Below the pieces are notes generated by a model, which saw only the letters and a program-made list of their open reading frames with translations, ran no database searches and had not been told where the DNA came from. This document shows, in pieces, positions 49,979 to 61,059 of a DNA stretch of 64,000 nt. Source of the DNA: Neoechinorhynchus agilis. Lineage: Eukaryota; Animalia; Acanthocephala. Location: NCBI GenBank assembly GCA_051530055.1, contig CM121341.1, positions 12,068,784 to 12,132,783 of the forward strand. The letters run 5' to 3'. Positions within the stretch are counted from its first letter, which is position 1, and every line of letters starts with the position of its first letter. The position numbers and the translations under genes are program-made.

Positions 49979-50531
49979 TTAATTATAAGATGAGAATTTC
50001 TTTTCACACTTCATGCCATAATATCCTTTCATGCATCTGCAGATATACGTTGTCGTCAAACTGGTGCATACTCCATTATTTAGGCATGGGTCCGGGGAGC
50101 AGTGATTCTTTTTAAATCCTATTTCTAAAAAATAATATATATTTTAATGGGTCAAAAATTGCAACATACGTGGTTTGTAGTCTCTGTTATAGGTAGATTC
50201 TGGACGTTGGATGGGAATCTGTACAGGACCACTTTGATGTTGATGCTTATTTTGATGGAAGTAAGGTCTGTGAGTGGTCGTGGTTGTCTTCTTAAGAAGA
50301 GCGGCAATGCCATTTTGAGCTAAGGGCTTTGGGGTCGTAGTTGTTTTCTTTTTGAACAAAAATCCTTATAATTCAAGATTATAGGAGAGTTCTGACGAAC
50401 GTAGGTAAAATACCTTCTGATGATTTGACATTAATGGCCAATATAGTGACCACTGCCAAAATGATAACTTTCTTTAAATGTAAGCATAATGAGATTTTTT
50501 ATATTGATGCACTGAAACTTACGGTATTCAT
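49979..50531 (-). CDS. Small secreted protein: signal peptide, Thr/Lys-rich linker, one C-terminal EGF domain (4 exons)
   Basis: Three GT-AG introns (~45-51 nt) give MNT|KVIILAVVTILAINVKSSE|GFLFKKKTTTTPKP...|...CSPDPCLNNGVCTSLTTTYICRCMKGYYGMKCE. Confidence 0.8.
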
Positions 50532-51381
50532 TGCAAACTTCTGGTATCTAGTTCTTTCAACGGTTTCTTACAACAAAGAAATTCCTTATATGCAATAGAT
50601 AAATGATGGAGATAAATGTCAGATCATTTGATGGATGTAGCTCGGAAGGGGGAAGACAGAAGTGATTATGCACAACGTTGATAGTTGTTATGGGCACCTT
50701 GTGCCATGTTATACGATGCAAAGGTTACGAATGATAACCTAAAAAGGTTTTTTTGCATTAAAAAAAAGCTAAAAGAGAATAATACTCCATAACTGCATTT
50801 TATATCTTGGAAGATTGATCGGTTTAGATGTTGTATAGAAATTCTAACGGAAATTATAGGTTATCTGGACTAAAAAAGAAGAATGCACGATCTGTGACCA
50901 TTTAGTGCTCAATTGCTTAAATTCTACGAATTAATTGCAGTCGATTCGTCGCGGTGGAGAATGATCCCGTTCGGGCAGACAGGAGTATATTGTTTAAAGA
51001 AAATAGTCACAAAAAGAAGAGTATCGATTTCGACGCAGAATGGTGTTTAAAGCTTGTCAATCATTTTCGACGGAATATGCGGTGAAAAGCTATGGATAAA
51101 AAGCATAATAAATGGGAAGCGCTGCGCAGAAATGGACAATGCATGACTATACCATTTGAAGCCGTCTTCTCTCAATGAAGTTGATGATACTCTCACACTC
51201 TCACATTTCACAGTCTTGATTTTAGTATCTTGAGCAGCAGAAATCCGATTGCGCTTTGGTAGTATAGTCTTCACTTCCTACAATTTAAATCGTCGCTACT
51301 ATTGTTTATAAGTTTGTCTTTACGACGTGGTTGCGCCCGAAGTAAGGTTCGAACACACGGTTATTTATTTTCTTTTTCTTA

Positions 51382-51541
51382 GTTTTGCCACCCCGGAGTT
51401 AAGTTCACTAATTTATTTCCGATATTTCGTCAGATATTACTTTCAAGTGCGAATCAATGACAAACCTTGGGAAAATGTCGGAATTATCCAACGTGAAATA
51501 TCGGAAATAAATTAGTGAACTTAAATTCGGGGTGGCAAAAC
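51382..51541. mobile_element. MITE with ~50-bp TIRs flanked by TA; diverged copy at 55571-55766
   Basis: TA-GTTTTGCCACCCCG...CGGGGTGGCAAAAC-TA. Confidence 0.8.
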
Positions 51542-52067
51542 TAACAAAAGAAAGTATCTTTTCCACCAAAGATAATAATCCAAAACAACACGGATATTTT
51601 TCCATCATTTTAACTACAAATGACAACTTATTCATTCATTACAATCCATTTATTTAATTATACTCGCAGCACCAATCACGATTCAGTATGCCAGCGGCGT
51701 TTTCTCACTGGACAGCCTTATTATTGTGGTAGCCGGTCACCTCCTCACCCGACAGCCCGATTCGTCGCATAGTTTAAAGGTGGACTTCCCCGGCTCTCCA
51801 TGTCTCGACCCGAGTTGCTCGAAATCGTCTTCATATCCCAATTCGACGTATTTTGCCGCTTTAGCCTGCGTTACTTTGATGGCTTGTTGGCTCTTTCCCT
51901 GATGTCAAAAGAAAATTATCACTCCAGGTTCCTCGCGAACACTCGAATTCTGATACTTTTTGAATTAATAATGACTTATTAAATCAATCGAAATATATAC
52001 ATTCGTCGACATGTGAGCAGGTACCGGGTTATATGATTAGGATCACTCTGTAAATAACTTTTTTTAT

Positions 52068-52106
52068 TAAAAACGTTTCAAACCTCGTAGGGTTCATCAT
52101 CAGTTT
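52068..52106 (-). ncRNA. Minimal hammerhead; degenerate relatives at 53850-53890 (+) and 56611-56648 (+)
   Basis: AAA-CTGATGA-T-GAACC/GGTTT-GAAA-CG-TT-TTT, then AATAAA. Confidence 0.7.
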
Positions 52107-52329
52107 GTAAGTTTAAAGATTGAATTCAACGTTCAAGATCTGTTTGGACATCAAAATTTAAATTATCATGAACCGGAGAAAAGACCCAACCTCACAATCT
52201 AACAATCTGTCCTGTGAATTCGAGTGTTCGAAGGAACCAAAGAAACATGGGTCCTTTGCTTTGTGAACTCGCACAAATAAAAGTGTTATTATATTGGTTG
52301 TTTTATGGCAGAGAAATTAAAATGATTTT

Positions 52330-52560
52330 ATTTTAGCTCCAGGATCTCTCGAAGAAATTGAGAGAGGCAACCGGAGACTCAAGAGCAGGCGTATTCCTTC
52401 GACAAAATATCTCGCTAGCAGTACAACGAGGCAATGCTGCCAGCGTGATGGCGACGGTCGAAGAAGGACAAAAGCTGGAATTTGGCGGGAGGTGGTGAGT
52501 GTGCTTCAAACAGACTGTTTGAATTGTTAAAAATATATATCTTTCGTTTATCAAAAAAAT
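52330..52560 (+). mobile_element. CRE-type 3' fragment
   Basis: FLRQNISLAVQRGNAASVMATV. Confidence 0.8.
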
Positions 52561-52856
52561 TTCTCCGCCAGAAAAAAACCGACGAGGTTCGAAATTTTGT
52601 GGCCACTTTTCTCTTAACCTCCCTGATATCGATTTATTGTAAATTTTAAAACAAAAACGATCGCATGCTTACATTCCATACAAAACATTGACTAACAATG
52701 CAACCAATGGGCGGTGCAATATAAAAGGAGAGAAAGTTAATTTTAGGTGGTATTTTAAATTATAGCAACAAAGCCTCTCACAACCCTGCCTCATAAAATA
52801 ATACAATTAATATATCATAATCGCTCAAATGCTTTTTAAGACCAAGGCCTTTTTGA

Positions 52857-53387
52857 CTACCTTGATCCCGATGTCCGCCTAGCCCTCGTTGGTGGAGCAC
52901 TGCGACGATTCCTCCTTGTGGAGTCATAAATGGTCGATGGATCAACATCAGTTGGTCGCTGCTGGCAAATATTCATGGAAAGATTAAGTGTCGGTAAGGA
53001 CGGAAAAGGAATTGTGGAGCGCGGACTTAAACTTCCAGCACTTTCCATTTCCTGTCTTTTTTCCTCAGTCGTTTTCGATTCTACAGGAATTGGGCTTTGT
53101 CCGACAGCGGTTAAATAGCTCGGTTTTTCACCTAGATTTGGTGGAGTGAATTTCTGAGAACTTTTCTTTGGCGAACTCAACCATATAATATCCGGCGATG
53201 GAGCCTTCGCTTGTACAACAGGAGAGTTTCCTTGTTTTGCCTTCTTTTCGGTAGCTGAATCTTGCTCTTTTTGTACAACCATTCGTTTCCGAGATCCCTC
53301 GTTAAAAACTTGCTTATTCTTTACCACTGGTATACCTCTGATCTCGTTGGTCGTAATATCATCGTAGATTACAAAACCTTGCTTCAA
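52857..53387 (-). CDS. Low-complexity Ser/Pro/Lys-rich exon, possibly a downstream exon of the DUF3715-like gene
   Basis: 176 open codons starting right after a TTTTTGTAG acceptor; same strand as 54610-55272. Confidence 0.45.
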   Translation of the reverse strand: MKQGFVIYDDITTNEIRGIPVVKNKQVFNEGSRKRMVVQKEQDSATEKKAKQGNSPVVQAKAPSPDIIWLSSPKKSSQKFTPPNLGEKPSYLTAVGQSPIPVESKTTEEKRQEMESAGSLSPRSTIPFPSLPTLNLSMNICQQRPTDVDPSTIYDSTRRNRRSAPPTRARRTSGSR

Positions 53388-53520
53388 CTACAAAAACTAG
53401 ATTCCTAGCGAGATGCACGACTAAACTTTTACGGTTTGCGATACCAACTGCAATCAGAGACCTGATTAATGTTGAAAACGAAGCATTTTTATTTTTGTAA
53501 AGATGCTCATCGTTTACTTT

Positions 53521-53686
53521 TTATTGCGAATTATCAAATTCGGCCTTCGCGTAGGCCTTCTTCAGTCTATTGCTTGTAAGTATTTAAATATGTAAGTTCG
53601 TCAACTTACAAGCAATAGACTGAAGAAGGCCTACGCGAAAGCCGGAAATTATCAAATAAATCAATTATTTGATAATTCGCAATAAG
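53521..53686. ncRNA. Palindromic double-hammerhead element, same family as 9.7 kb
   Basis: Inverted GACTGAAGAAGGCCTACGCGAA arms with outer IR TTATTGCGAATTATCAAA. Confidence 0.7.
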
Positions 53687-54094
53687 AGGGCATTTATATT
53701 TTATAGCTAAAAATGAAGTCATCATCACGAAAGAAACACAAAAAGCGGCGTTTCTTCTAATCAATATTAAATTTATTTTTGTTAGGTCTTTTTCGCTTGG
53801 AACGTTTTATTAAAGATGTCTAGAACTCTGTCGGTTTCATGGCCCCGAAACAAACTGACCATGAATGAGGGGAAGTTCGAGACGTCTTTAAGAAAACGTT
53901 TTCTAATTGGCGGGGTTAATTACCCGTCTCACCGGTACCTCGTCAAATATCGAAAATAGTATATTTAATTTCCACGATTTTAGAAGTATTCGCGTAGATG
54001 TAGATTTCAGCGATGTAATGATTAGCTCAAGTGATCGATAATTAGACTGGAAAATTTAATCAGAAGTACTTTAGATCTTGCCACTTTTTTGAAG

Positions 54095-54245
54095 TGTTTC
54101 TTATGGCGAAAAATTTGAAGGAATTTATTGTTGAATCCGAGATATTTCAGCCCTTGATAAAAGTAACAAACTTGCCAAGCTGAAATATCTCGGATTTAAC
54201 AACAAATTCCTTCACATTTTCCACCATATAAAAACATATTTATAT
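54095..54245. repeat. Hairpin/MITE-like inverted repeat with ~60-bp arms
   Basis: GAAGGAATTT.TTGTT.AATCCGAGATATTTCAGC and its reverse complement around a 27-nt spacer. Confidence 0.7.
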
Positions 54246-54609
54246 CCCGTTTTTACTCCATTTTTAAAGATGGGAATTGTTGCATTTTTCAAACCAATTT
54301 TCTATTTGCAAGCAGATATAAAAAGTTCACATTGGTATTGTAGACGTTGTTTAAAGATTGAATTGTTCATGTTTTTTACATGGCGGAAAATTGTTTTTTT
54401 CGCACTTGAATGCCGTGAATAAAACATTGAAACAACCTCGAAAAAAGCAACAAACTTGCCAAGCCGAAATATCTCGTATTATGATAAATTTTTCCGTCAT
54501 TCTTTACATTTATGATAATCGTTGAGGGACAAAAAAGATATAGAACTATGTAATAAAATATCTATTATCCCTGAAATTCTATCATTTTTAAAATTATAAA
54601 AAGATCCCA

Positions 54610-55272
54610 TTACCGTTGAAAACGAATTGAATCGAAGCAGGATTTTTCTAAAAAGGGACTATCAAGTTTCGCGCTGGTACCGTGCGTTTTATAGAACATA
54701 ACGGCAAATGGAAGCATCCTAGACGACGGAAGCCGATTAGACAGGTCCACGTACATGACGACTGGATTACTTTCAGCTCGATCAGTGGGAAGCGGCCTCC
54801 ATTCTCTTACCTTACAGACCAAAATATTCAGAATCCCATTCCGCCTCGTAATTTTTGCCCTATGAATATACTCGATCAGGGCGTCAAAATCAAAGAAAAG
54901 GTGGACGCCTTTGCTCACAGGACCCAGGGGATTTTTTAATGGTAAATGCTCAATATCGTGGCACGATATTTTCCCATGAGCAATGTTCTGAATTTTCACG
55001 GACGATTTCAATAATACAAACGTCAGAGCGTCCCATTTAATGAATGCAGCCGTAAAATCGTTCATTAGCTTTTCATTTCTAAGCAGAGTGACTCTCAAAA
55101 GTCGGTGAGGAAGAAGGTATTGTGATCTGCATGATGCCTTTATCCTTGAAACAAAGGCAGCTATTTCAATGGAGTTTACTCGTTCGTTGAGGCAGAATAC
55201 ATCGTTTTTGTGAACGATGCCAATTTGGGTGTTCATTCTATTCGTATTATTCATTGAGTAAAATAATTCCAT
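54610..55272 (-). CDS. TEX15/TASOR-like pseudo-PARP (DUF3715-like) domain protein
   Basis: LLRNEKLMNDFT, LGPVSKGVHLFFDFDALIEY, ILVCKV and RMLPFAVM parallel remembered TEX15/TASOR motifs (LVHNEDLEKNFT, LGNP..GIY.FRHVD.AL.Y, IIIFKV, RQCLPYAVV). Confidence 0.6.
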   Translation of the reverse strand: MELFYSMNNTNRMNTQIGIVHKNDVFCLNERVNSIEIAAFVSRIKASCRSQYLLPHRLLRVTLLRNEKLMNDFTAAFIKWDALTFVLLKSSVKIQNIAHGKISCHDIEHLPLKNPLGPVSKGVHLFFDFDALIEYIHRAKITRRNGILNILVCKVREWRPLPTDRAESNPVVMYVDLSNRLPSSRMLPFAVMFYKTHGTSAKLDSPFLEKSCFDSIRFQR

Positions 55273-57475
55273 TAAAAGAAAAAACAAATTCTTGGTCGAA
55301 CTATCATCGTGATTTCTTCCCGATAACGAATTTTTGATTATCGGTTCTTAAAGCAACACTTTCAAACGTGAATCTTCGATCGCGTTTTGGTGGCTTAGAT
55401 TAAATCTTTTAAGTTAATAAAACACTTCTCTAGAACACTGTGCAAAAGTAAAGCGGTTTCAATTTTTCTGCCGAACTTATGGTGGTCCAGTTAAAAGCGC
55501 ACAATTTTTGAATGTTTCTTTGGAAGATTTTAATATCGGATTTAATAAATCATTTCACTTTCTTTTGGTAGTTTTGGCACCCCCATTCGGTATCAAAAAT
55601 TCACTAATTTATTTCCCCGGTATTTCATCTCTCGAATAATTCCGAAATTTCCCCAAGATTTGTCATTCAGACGTCGTAAACGCTTAAAAGAAAAGACTAA
55701 TCTCGGACCCATGTCGGAATTGAAATAAATTAGGTAATTTTTGAATTCGAATGAGGGTGGCAAAACTACCAAAAGAAAGTCTTTTCCCCCAACGATAATA
55801 ATCCAAGACATTAAATCATATCAATTTCCACCATAATAAACAGAATTATCATCGATTTTTTGCCATCAGCCAATTTATTTGTACGATTAGAAAATACTCG
55901 ACAATTTTATTATTGTTAAATCTACGTTGAGATCCGTTTTAAACCGTTTTTCAAATCGTATTTCGACTTTGATAGTTTAAAATGTTGTGCGATTATGCAG
56001 TTTATAAATTCTCAATTATTTTCCATAAACCAATTAAATGATAGAATTAAAAATCCTTGAATAGATGCGATATTAAGTCGTATGTCGTTCAAATTTTGTT
56101 GAAAGGTTAAAAGGCTTACTTTTCTCATTAGGCTGCCAAGCTATCGAAAAGTTCCGGTCCGTAACATTGGTAATCGGGAATTAATGGACCTTTTCCGTGA
56201 ATATTATTTTTGCTTTCTCACATGGAATTGTGCGCTTTGTTTTTCAATAGCTTCTATCAAACACAAACTTAGATAATTTAATATTAAAGTTGAGCGATTA
56301 GTTATTTCTTTAAGAGCTATCACACTCAGAATTTATTTGTTGCGATTGATTTTTCGAAACTATTTCGTTCTGTACTCATTATCTGGAATTCGCATAAACG
56401 AATATATTAAAAATAAGTTATGGATGTTCTATAAAGACGATTCATGTTTTATTCTATCAATTACAAGTGCCTTATTGAATTTAAAATCCGTCTAAATATA
56501 ATAGAACTTGCTACATCGCGCTTTAAAATCACATTTCGCCGTTAATTAATCAGTGATATACTCATTCTATTTACAATGTCGATATGTGAGGAAGTACCTG
56601 GGTATTTGACAAACTAACGATGAATCCAACGAGGTTCGAAACGTCTTTAATAAATAATCATTTACCGGGTGAAGACTTCTTTTAAGATAGCAACACGATA
56701 AATTGCGCGTGATTATAATCAAAAACTTTTTGGATTGTCTTTGATCGACAATTTATTCAGTTACGATTGTCTGCCTCTGATTTCAGGTTCGGAACTAGAA
56801 TTATTTTTGAAAAAACACAGTATTTTCAAAGAGTCGTGCTTTTGTACGATATCTAAATACTGATTTGGGTAGTTTATTATTTAGCACTTTTAGAAAATTA
56901 ATTGCTCTTTTTTGCTACAAAAGTGTATTGTTTGGACGGCTTACGACACTATTTAATCCAAAGTTCTTTAAATTTACCTTTTCGTATTTTTTTCGAAACT
57001 GAAAATCTCAACTTTCACTGTGTTTATATTAGACATATTTCAATTTAAAAACGAAATGCAAAACGATTGGTAGTACGTTTACCAAATCTTCTTATTTCTA
57101 CAACGACCCAAGAAATGTGATTGGTGAAAGATGACTGTTTTCTGTTATAACCGATCGTCGACTTCTTTTAGGGTATATTTATCCATGGGATTTTTTTCTA
57201 TGATAATATTGGTTTTTCCTAAGGATTTATATTCTCGCCTTAACGTCTCATCTTTCCGTTTAAAGTTGGCGCTCATATTTTGATTGGTTGCTTGTTCCCT
57301 TTCGGCTACATTTTCCGTTCTACTTTTGACTTATAACAACAAAAAACGAATTTATCGCTCGTGTAGATAAAAGTGCATTGAAATAAAAAATACGCGGCTT
57401 ACCCCTACCTCACGTTTTCCACATTCGAACGTAAGGATAACCGAAACAATAGTTTTTAAGTGGTTTAAATTAAAC

Positions 57476-58056
57476 ATGAACACTATATTCATTGTCATGA
57501 TTGCTGTAGCATCCGGTAAGTGAGTGCCTACAACGCACAATTATATTTATAAAAATTTAGTGCAATCTTCGATTGAAGATACACCAAATAACGGTGGAAT
57601 GGAACACAAGTGTAAGTATTAGTTCAAATTCGTTTTGAATTTTTTAATTACAAAGTTCTTAGCATATGTAACGTATTTATTAATATGCTCACTAAAAACC
57701 TTTTGAGGATAAAAATCGATATAGCATTTATTACGCCATTTAATGCCCCACTTTCCTTTATTTGCTTATTTAGCCAAAATCGTAAATCGGGATGATACAT
57801 TCAAATCTTCAACTATGGGTAAACTTCCATTAAAAACAAATAACAGTTAGTGAATCATTTTGGAACTTTATTCATCGCTTTCCGTACTATAGATGTTCCT
57901 TCTAAGAACATTATTGACGCCAAAGATAATACTGATGGTTCAAAACTCAATGCCTTTGAAAAACGCGGCATTGAAGACGAAAATGTAGCAACGTTGAGAT
58001 GTATTCATAAAATATTTACCTTTTTTGCCGCACTAATTGTTATTTTTTATAGCTAA
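57476..58056 (+). CDS. Small protein with signal peptide and hydrophobic C-terminus (GPI-anchor or TM-like), 4 exons
   Basis: MNTIFIVMIAVAS followed by GTAAGT; phase-1 GT-AG introns join into ORF 57850-58056, which ends IFTFFAALIVIFYS. Confidence 0.5.
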
Positions 58057-58204
58057 AATAAACGAATTCGATTTTAAAAATGGAGAATGCACATCTTATG
58101 GATTAAATATATTTTTAAAACAATATATGAGCATAGATCGAACTCACATAACATCGCCTTGTTATGAATAACACTAAATATGTATAAAAACATTTTCTAT
58201 AATT

Positions 58205-58386
58205 ATTATTTTGGTGATAATAATCTCGGCAATAGCACATTTGATTTTGATTTATTAGAAATATTTTGCGAGGTGACCTCGCCTCATCAGTCATTGCTTG
58301 TAAGTTTTTAAAGGTCACCTCGCGAAATATATCCAATAAATCAAAATCAAATGTGCTGTTACCGGGATTATTATCACCAAAATAAT
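58205..58386. ncRNA. Palindromic element with ~75-bp arms and a hammerhead motif
   Basis: The minus strand reads GA-CTGATGA-G-GCGAGG/CCTCGC-AAAA; the opposite arm keeps CCTCGC-GAAA-TA-TA-TC. It shares the flank CTTACAAGCAAT with the 53.6-kb element. Confidence 0.65.
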
Positions 58387-58519
58387 ACTTTAACTAACCC
58401 GAAGGATTTTTTATCGATGATTTTCTATAATTTTCATGCATGTATCCTTTTTCAAATGCCCCATAAACTGTGCTGTTTTGCTCTTAGACATCGTGGTAAA
58501 GATGTCCATCCAAATTTTG

Positions 58520-60420
58520 GAAAAATCCCTTTAAACCTAGACCACGTCTCCTCAAAGTAAATTTTAATTCACCACTCGTAGTCTCCCTCTTTCCCAACAG
58601 GAGACAAACTTCTTACTTCACAACTTTCTTTTCGTATCTATCCACATAAGAACGCATCACAACCTCATCTTCCCAATATAATCCTCCACTTTAACGAACA
58701 CACTCGAACATCTCCCCCATTCCAAAAACTCGAGGAGTAAACGACTTCCCAGTTTCTTTGATTACGTGCAATTCCACCGGCGCCCGAATAACCACAAAGG
58801 TCAATCTTCCAGCCCTTCCGCATTAAAACTCTCTTTCTCCCAAATCAAGTTAATAATCATCGCTCTACCCCTACTCAAAATCACCACAAATCAACCCGCC
58901 CAATCGTAGCTGATCCATACAAAGCCTCAAACCTAAACTCATTTCACTCAAATTTTCGAGTCGCACCCGGACTTCTCTCTTTGCGATAATCAATCGTTCT
59001 TTATCGGCATCCCGTAACGATTCCTCCCTTAACCCACCACCCGCAATGAACAACGCAACCCCAATCTCCCTCACATCCGCACCCGATTTCCCGAAATCCA
59101 AAATTCCCTTCCCCACCATTTTCTACTCCAATACTCGTAGCCTCCTTCCTAAACTAGATGAAAGCTCACTCATTTCATCTACCTCAAAAGCCGACGTAGT
59201 CATCTTAACATAAACGTGGCTTATCTCCCCAGTCAACAGCAATCCAGCAATCCTTCCCGGGTACTCTTCCTTCCATACATACCGCATGGACCAATTTACG
59301 TACGGCAGGTTCTCTTCAAAACCCCGATCTAGAATTCACCGCAGTCTGTTTCTCAGAGGAGCTGTAAATGGCCTTAGAGAATTCACCATTGCTGGCGCCT
59401 ATCGCCCTCCGGCCCCCCGACCTGAGTCCTCCTTGCTCCAAATTGACCCTATGATGGAGCTCATAAACTCCACAAATTCGCACCATTTCTCAATTGCAGT
59501 GGACTTCAATAAACTATTTCCTCTTCTACCCTTCTCCGAGTTGCGTCAACTTATTGACTTCCCAACTCGTCTTGACGCTCACCTCGACAAAGTGTTCACA
59601 AAATTTCGACACCTACTCATCCGCCTCTAAAATCCCTCCCCCCCCCGAACTCTGATCATTCCTCTGCTCTTATCACTCCCTTCACCGCACCTCGGCGTAT
59701 TTCCTAGAAATTCATTAGGATCTCCAACCGCGACCCACCATGGATACCCCCATTCTGAAATTTCTTCAAAAGCAAGCTTCGAAGGCCCATCGCAATAACT
59801 CTCCAGACTATCCCCGTGGCTGCAAAAACTTCCTTTCCTTTAAAATTCGTTCAAGTTGCAATTCAACGTGGTGGCGGGCCGCCAAAGACTCAGTCTACGC
59901 AACCCTGATCCCTTCCCGAATTTGATCTCTTCTGAACTGAAACATGTTCTAGACTCCATCAATGAGAACTTCTGCCCTTGGTAAAATTACAACCATTGCT
60001 CTAGCTCAGACTCCACACAAACTATCACTCCCGCAACTGGCACTTCTGTCAACTTTTCAATCCCTTAGTTTCGTTATACGAAAACAGCATCTCAAGAAAT
60101 TACCTCGAAATTCGTCCTCTTAATCCGAAATCTCTAACTGGGCTCTTCGCTGCATCATCCCGAGATACTCCCTAATCTGCTCCGCCGAACTCGTCACCTC
60201 TCTCTAATCTTTCAAAAGCACTCAAAGCGCCTTCATTCCCTTCCTCCTCTTCAATTTCTACCACAGATTTCTACTTTTACTCAGACTTACAACACTCGCG
60301 TCGCCCCAACATTTTCCATCCTTCAGGTCCTCGCACAGCGCTCTATCTCCGCTCTTTCCTCGCTACTGCTCAGCCGTTTAAATGTGAATCGAATCAAAGG
60401 AAAGAGCGGAAAACAACAAT
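58520..60420 (+). mobile_element. Internally deleted LINE, sister of 10400-11900
   Basis: Long near-identity with 10.4-11.9 kb; the 3' part matches 22390-22730 and 4330-4500. Confidence 0.85.
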
Positions 60421-61059
60421 CAACAACGAACTTTTTTCCGAAAAGCTTAAATGTGATGTTATTTTATTGTTTACGTTATTTACTAACTATATATTCCATT
60501 TAGTTGGATGTACTCCCTAAAAAACTTTTGTTCTGTGCGCCAAATTTATTCGCCTAGGAGCAAGAAAGGGAATCTTGATACCTTAAAAACCGATGCCCCG
60601 CGGGATAATTCTTACAAACATTTTGTTACTTTCTTCCTAATCTCATGGCACGGAGATCAGCCTTCATCTTCTATACTGTCCATTTCTTATTTAGTAGTAT
60701 TTTCCAATTTTTTTAGAAAGTTTCATTTAATATTCTGTTCTCTATCTTTGTTGATTCCTTCCCTCCCGAAACCATTTCCTCAGGGAAGCCTTCAGCTCAT
60801 CATTTTCCTTTATTAATCCTATCATCTTTTACAGCCATTTCTTTTATAATCTTTTCTAATTCCATATTAAGATCGTGTAATTTGTCCTCCAACATTTTAT
60901 TGTAGGGTATTTCACTGAAAGTGTTATTAAACACTGACCATTCTGAATGAGCAGATGATTCAACTAACCGTTCCATTTTAAAATATTTTAATGCCATCGA
61001 GTAGAAACGCCTATATATCCCTCATGCGCCCCTCCACAATTGGGAAACTTAGGTTTATT

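Noticed and set aside
60690-60997. Coiled-coil-like ORF on the minus strand (and 63720-63968)
   Set aside because: Short, frameshifted or cut by the window edge, with no recognisable family.
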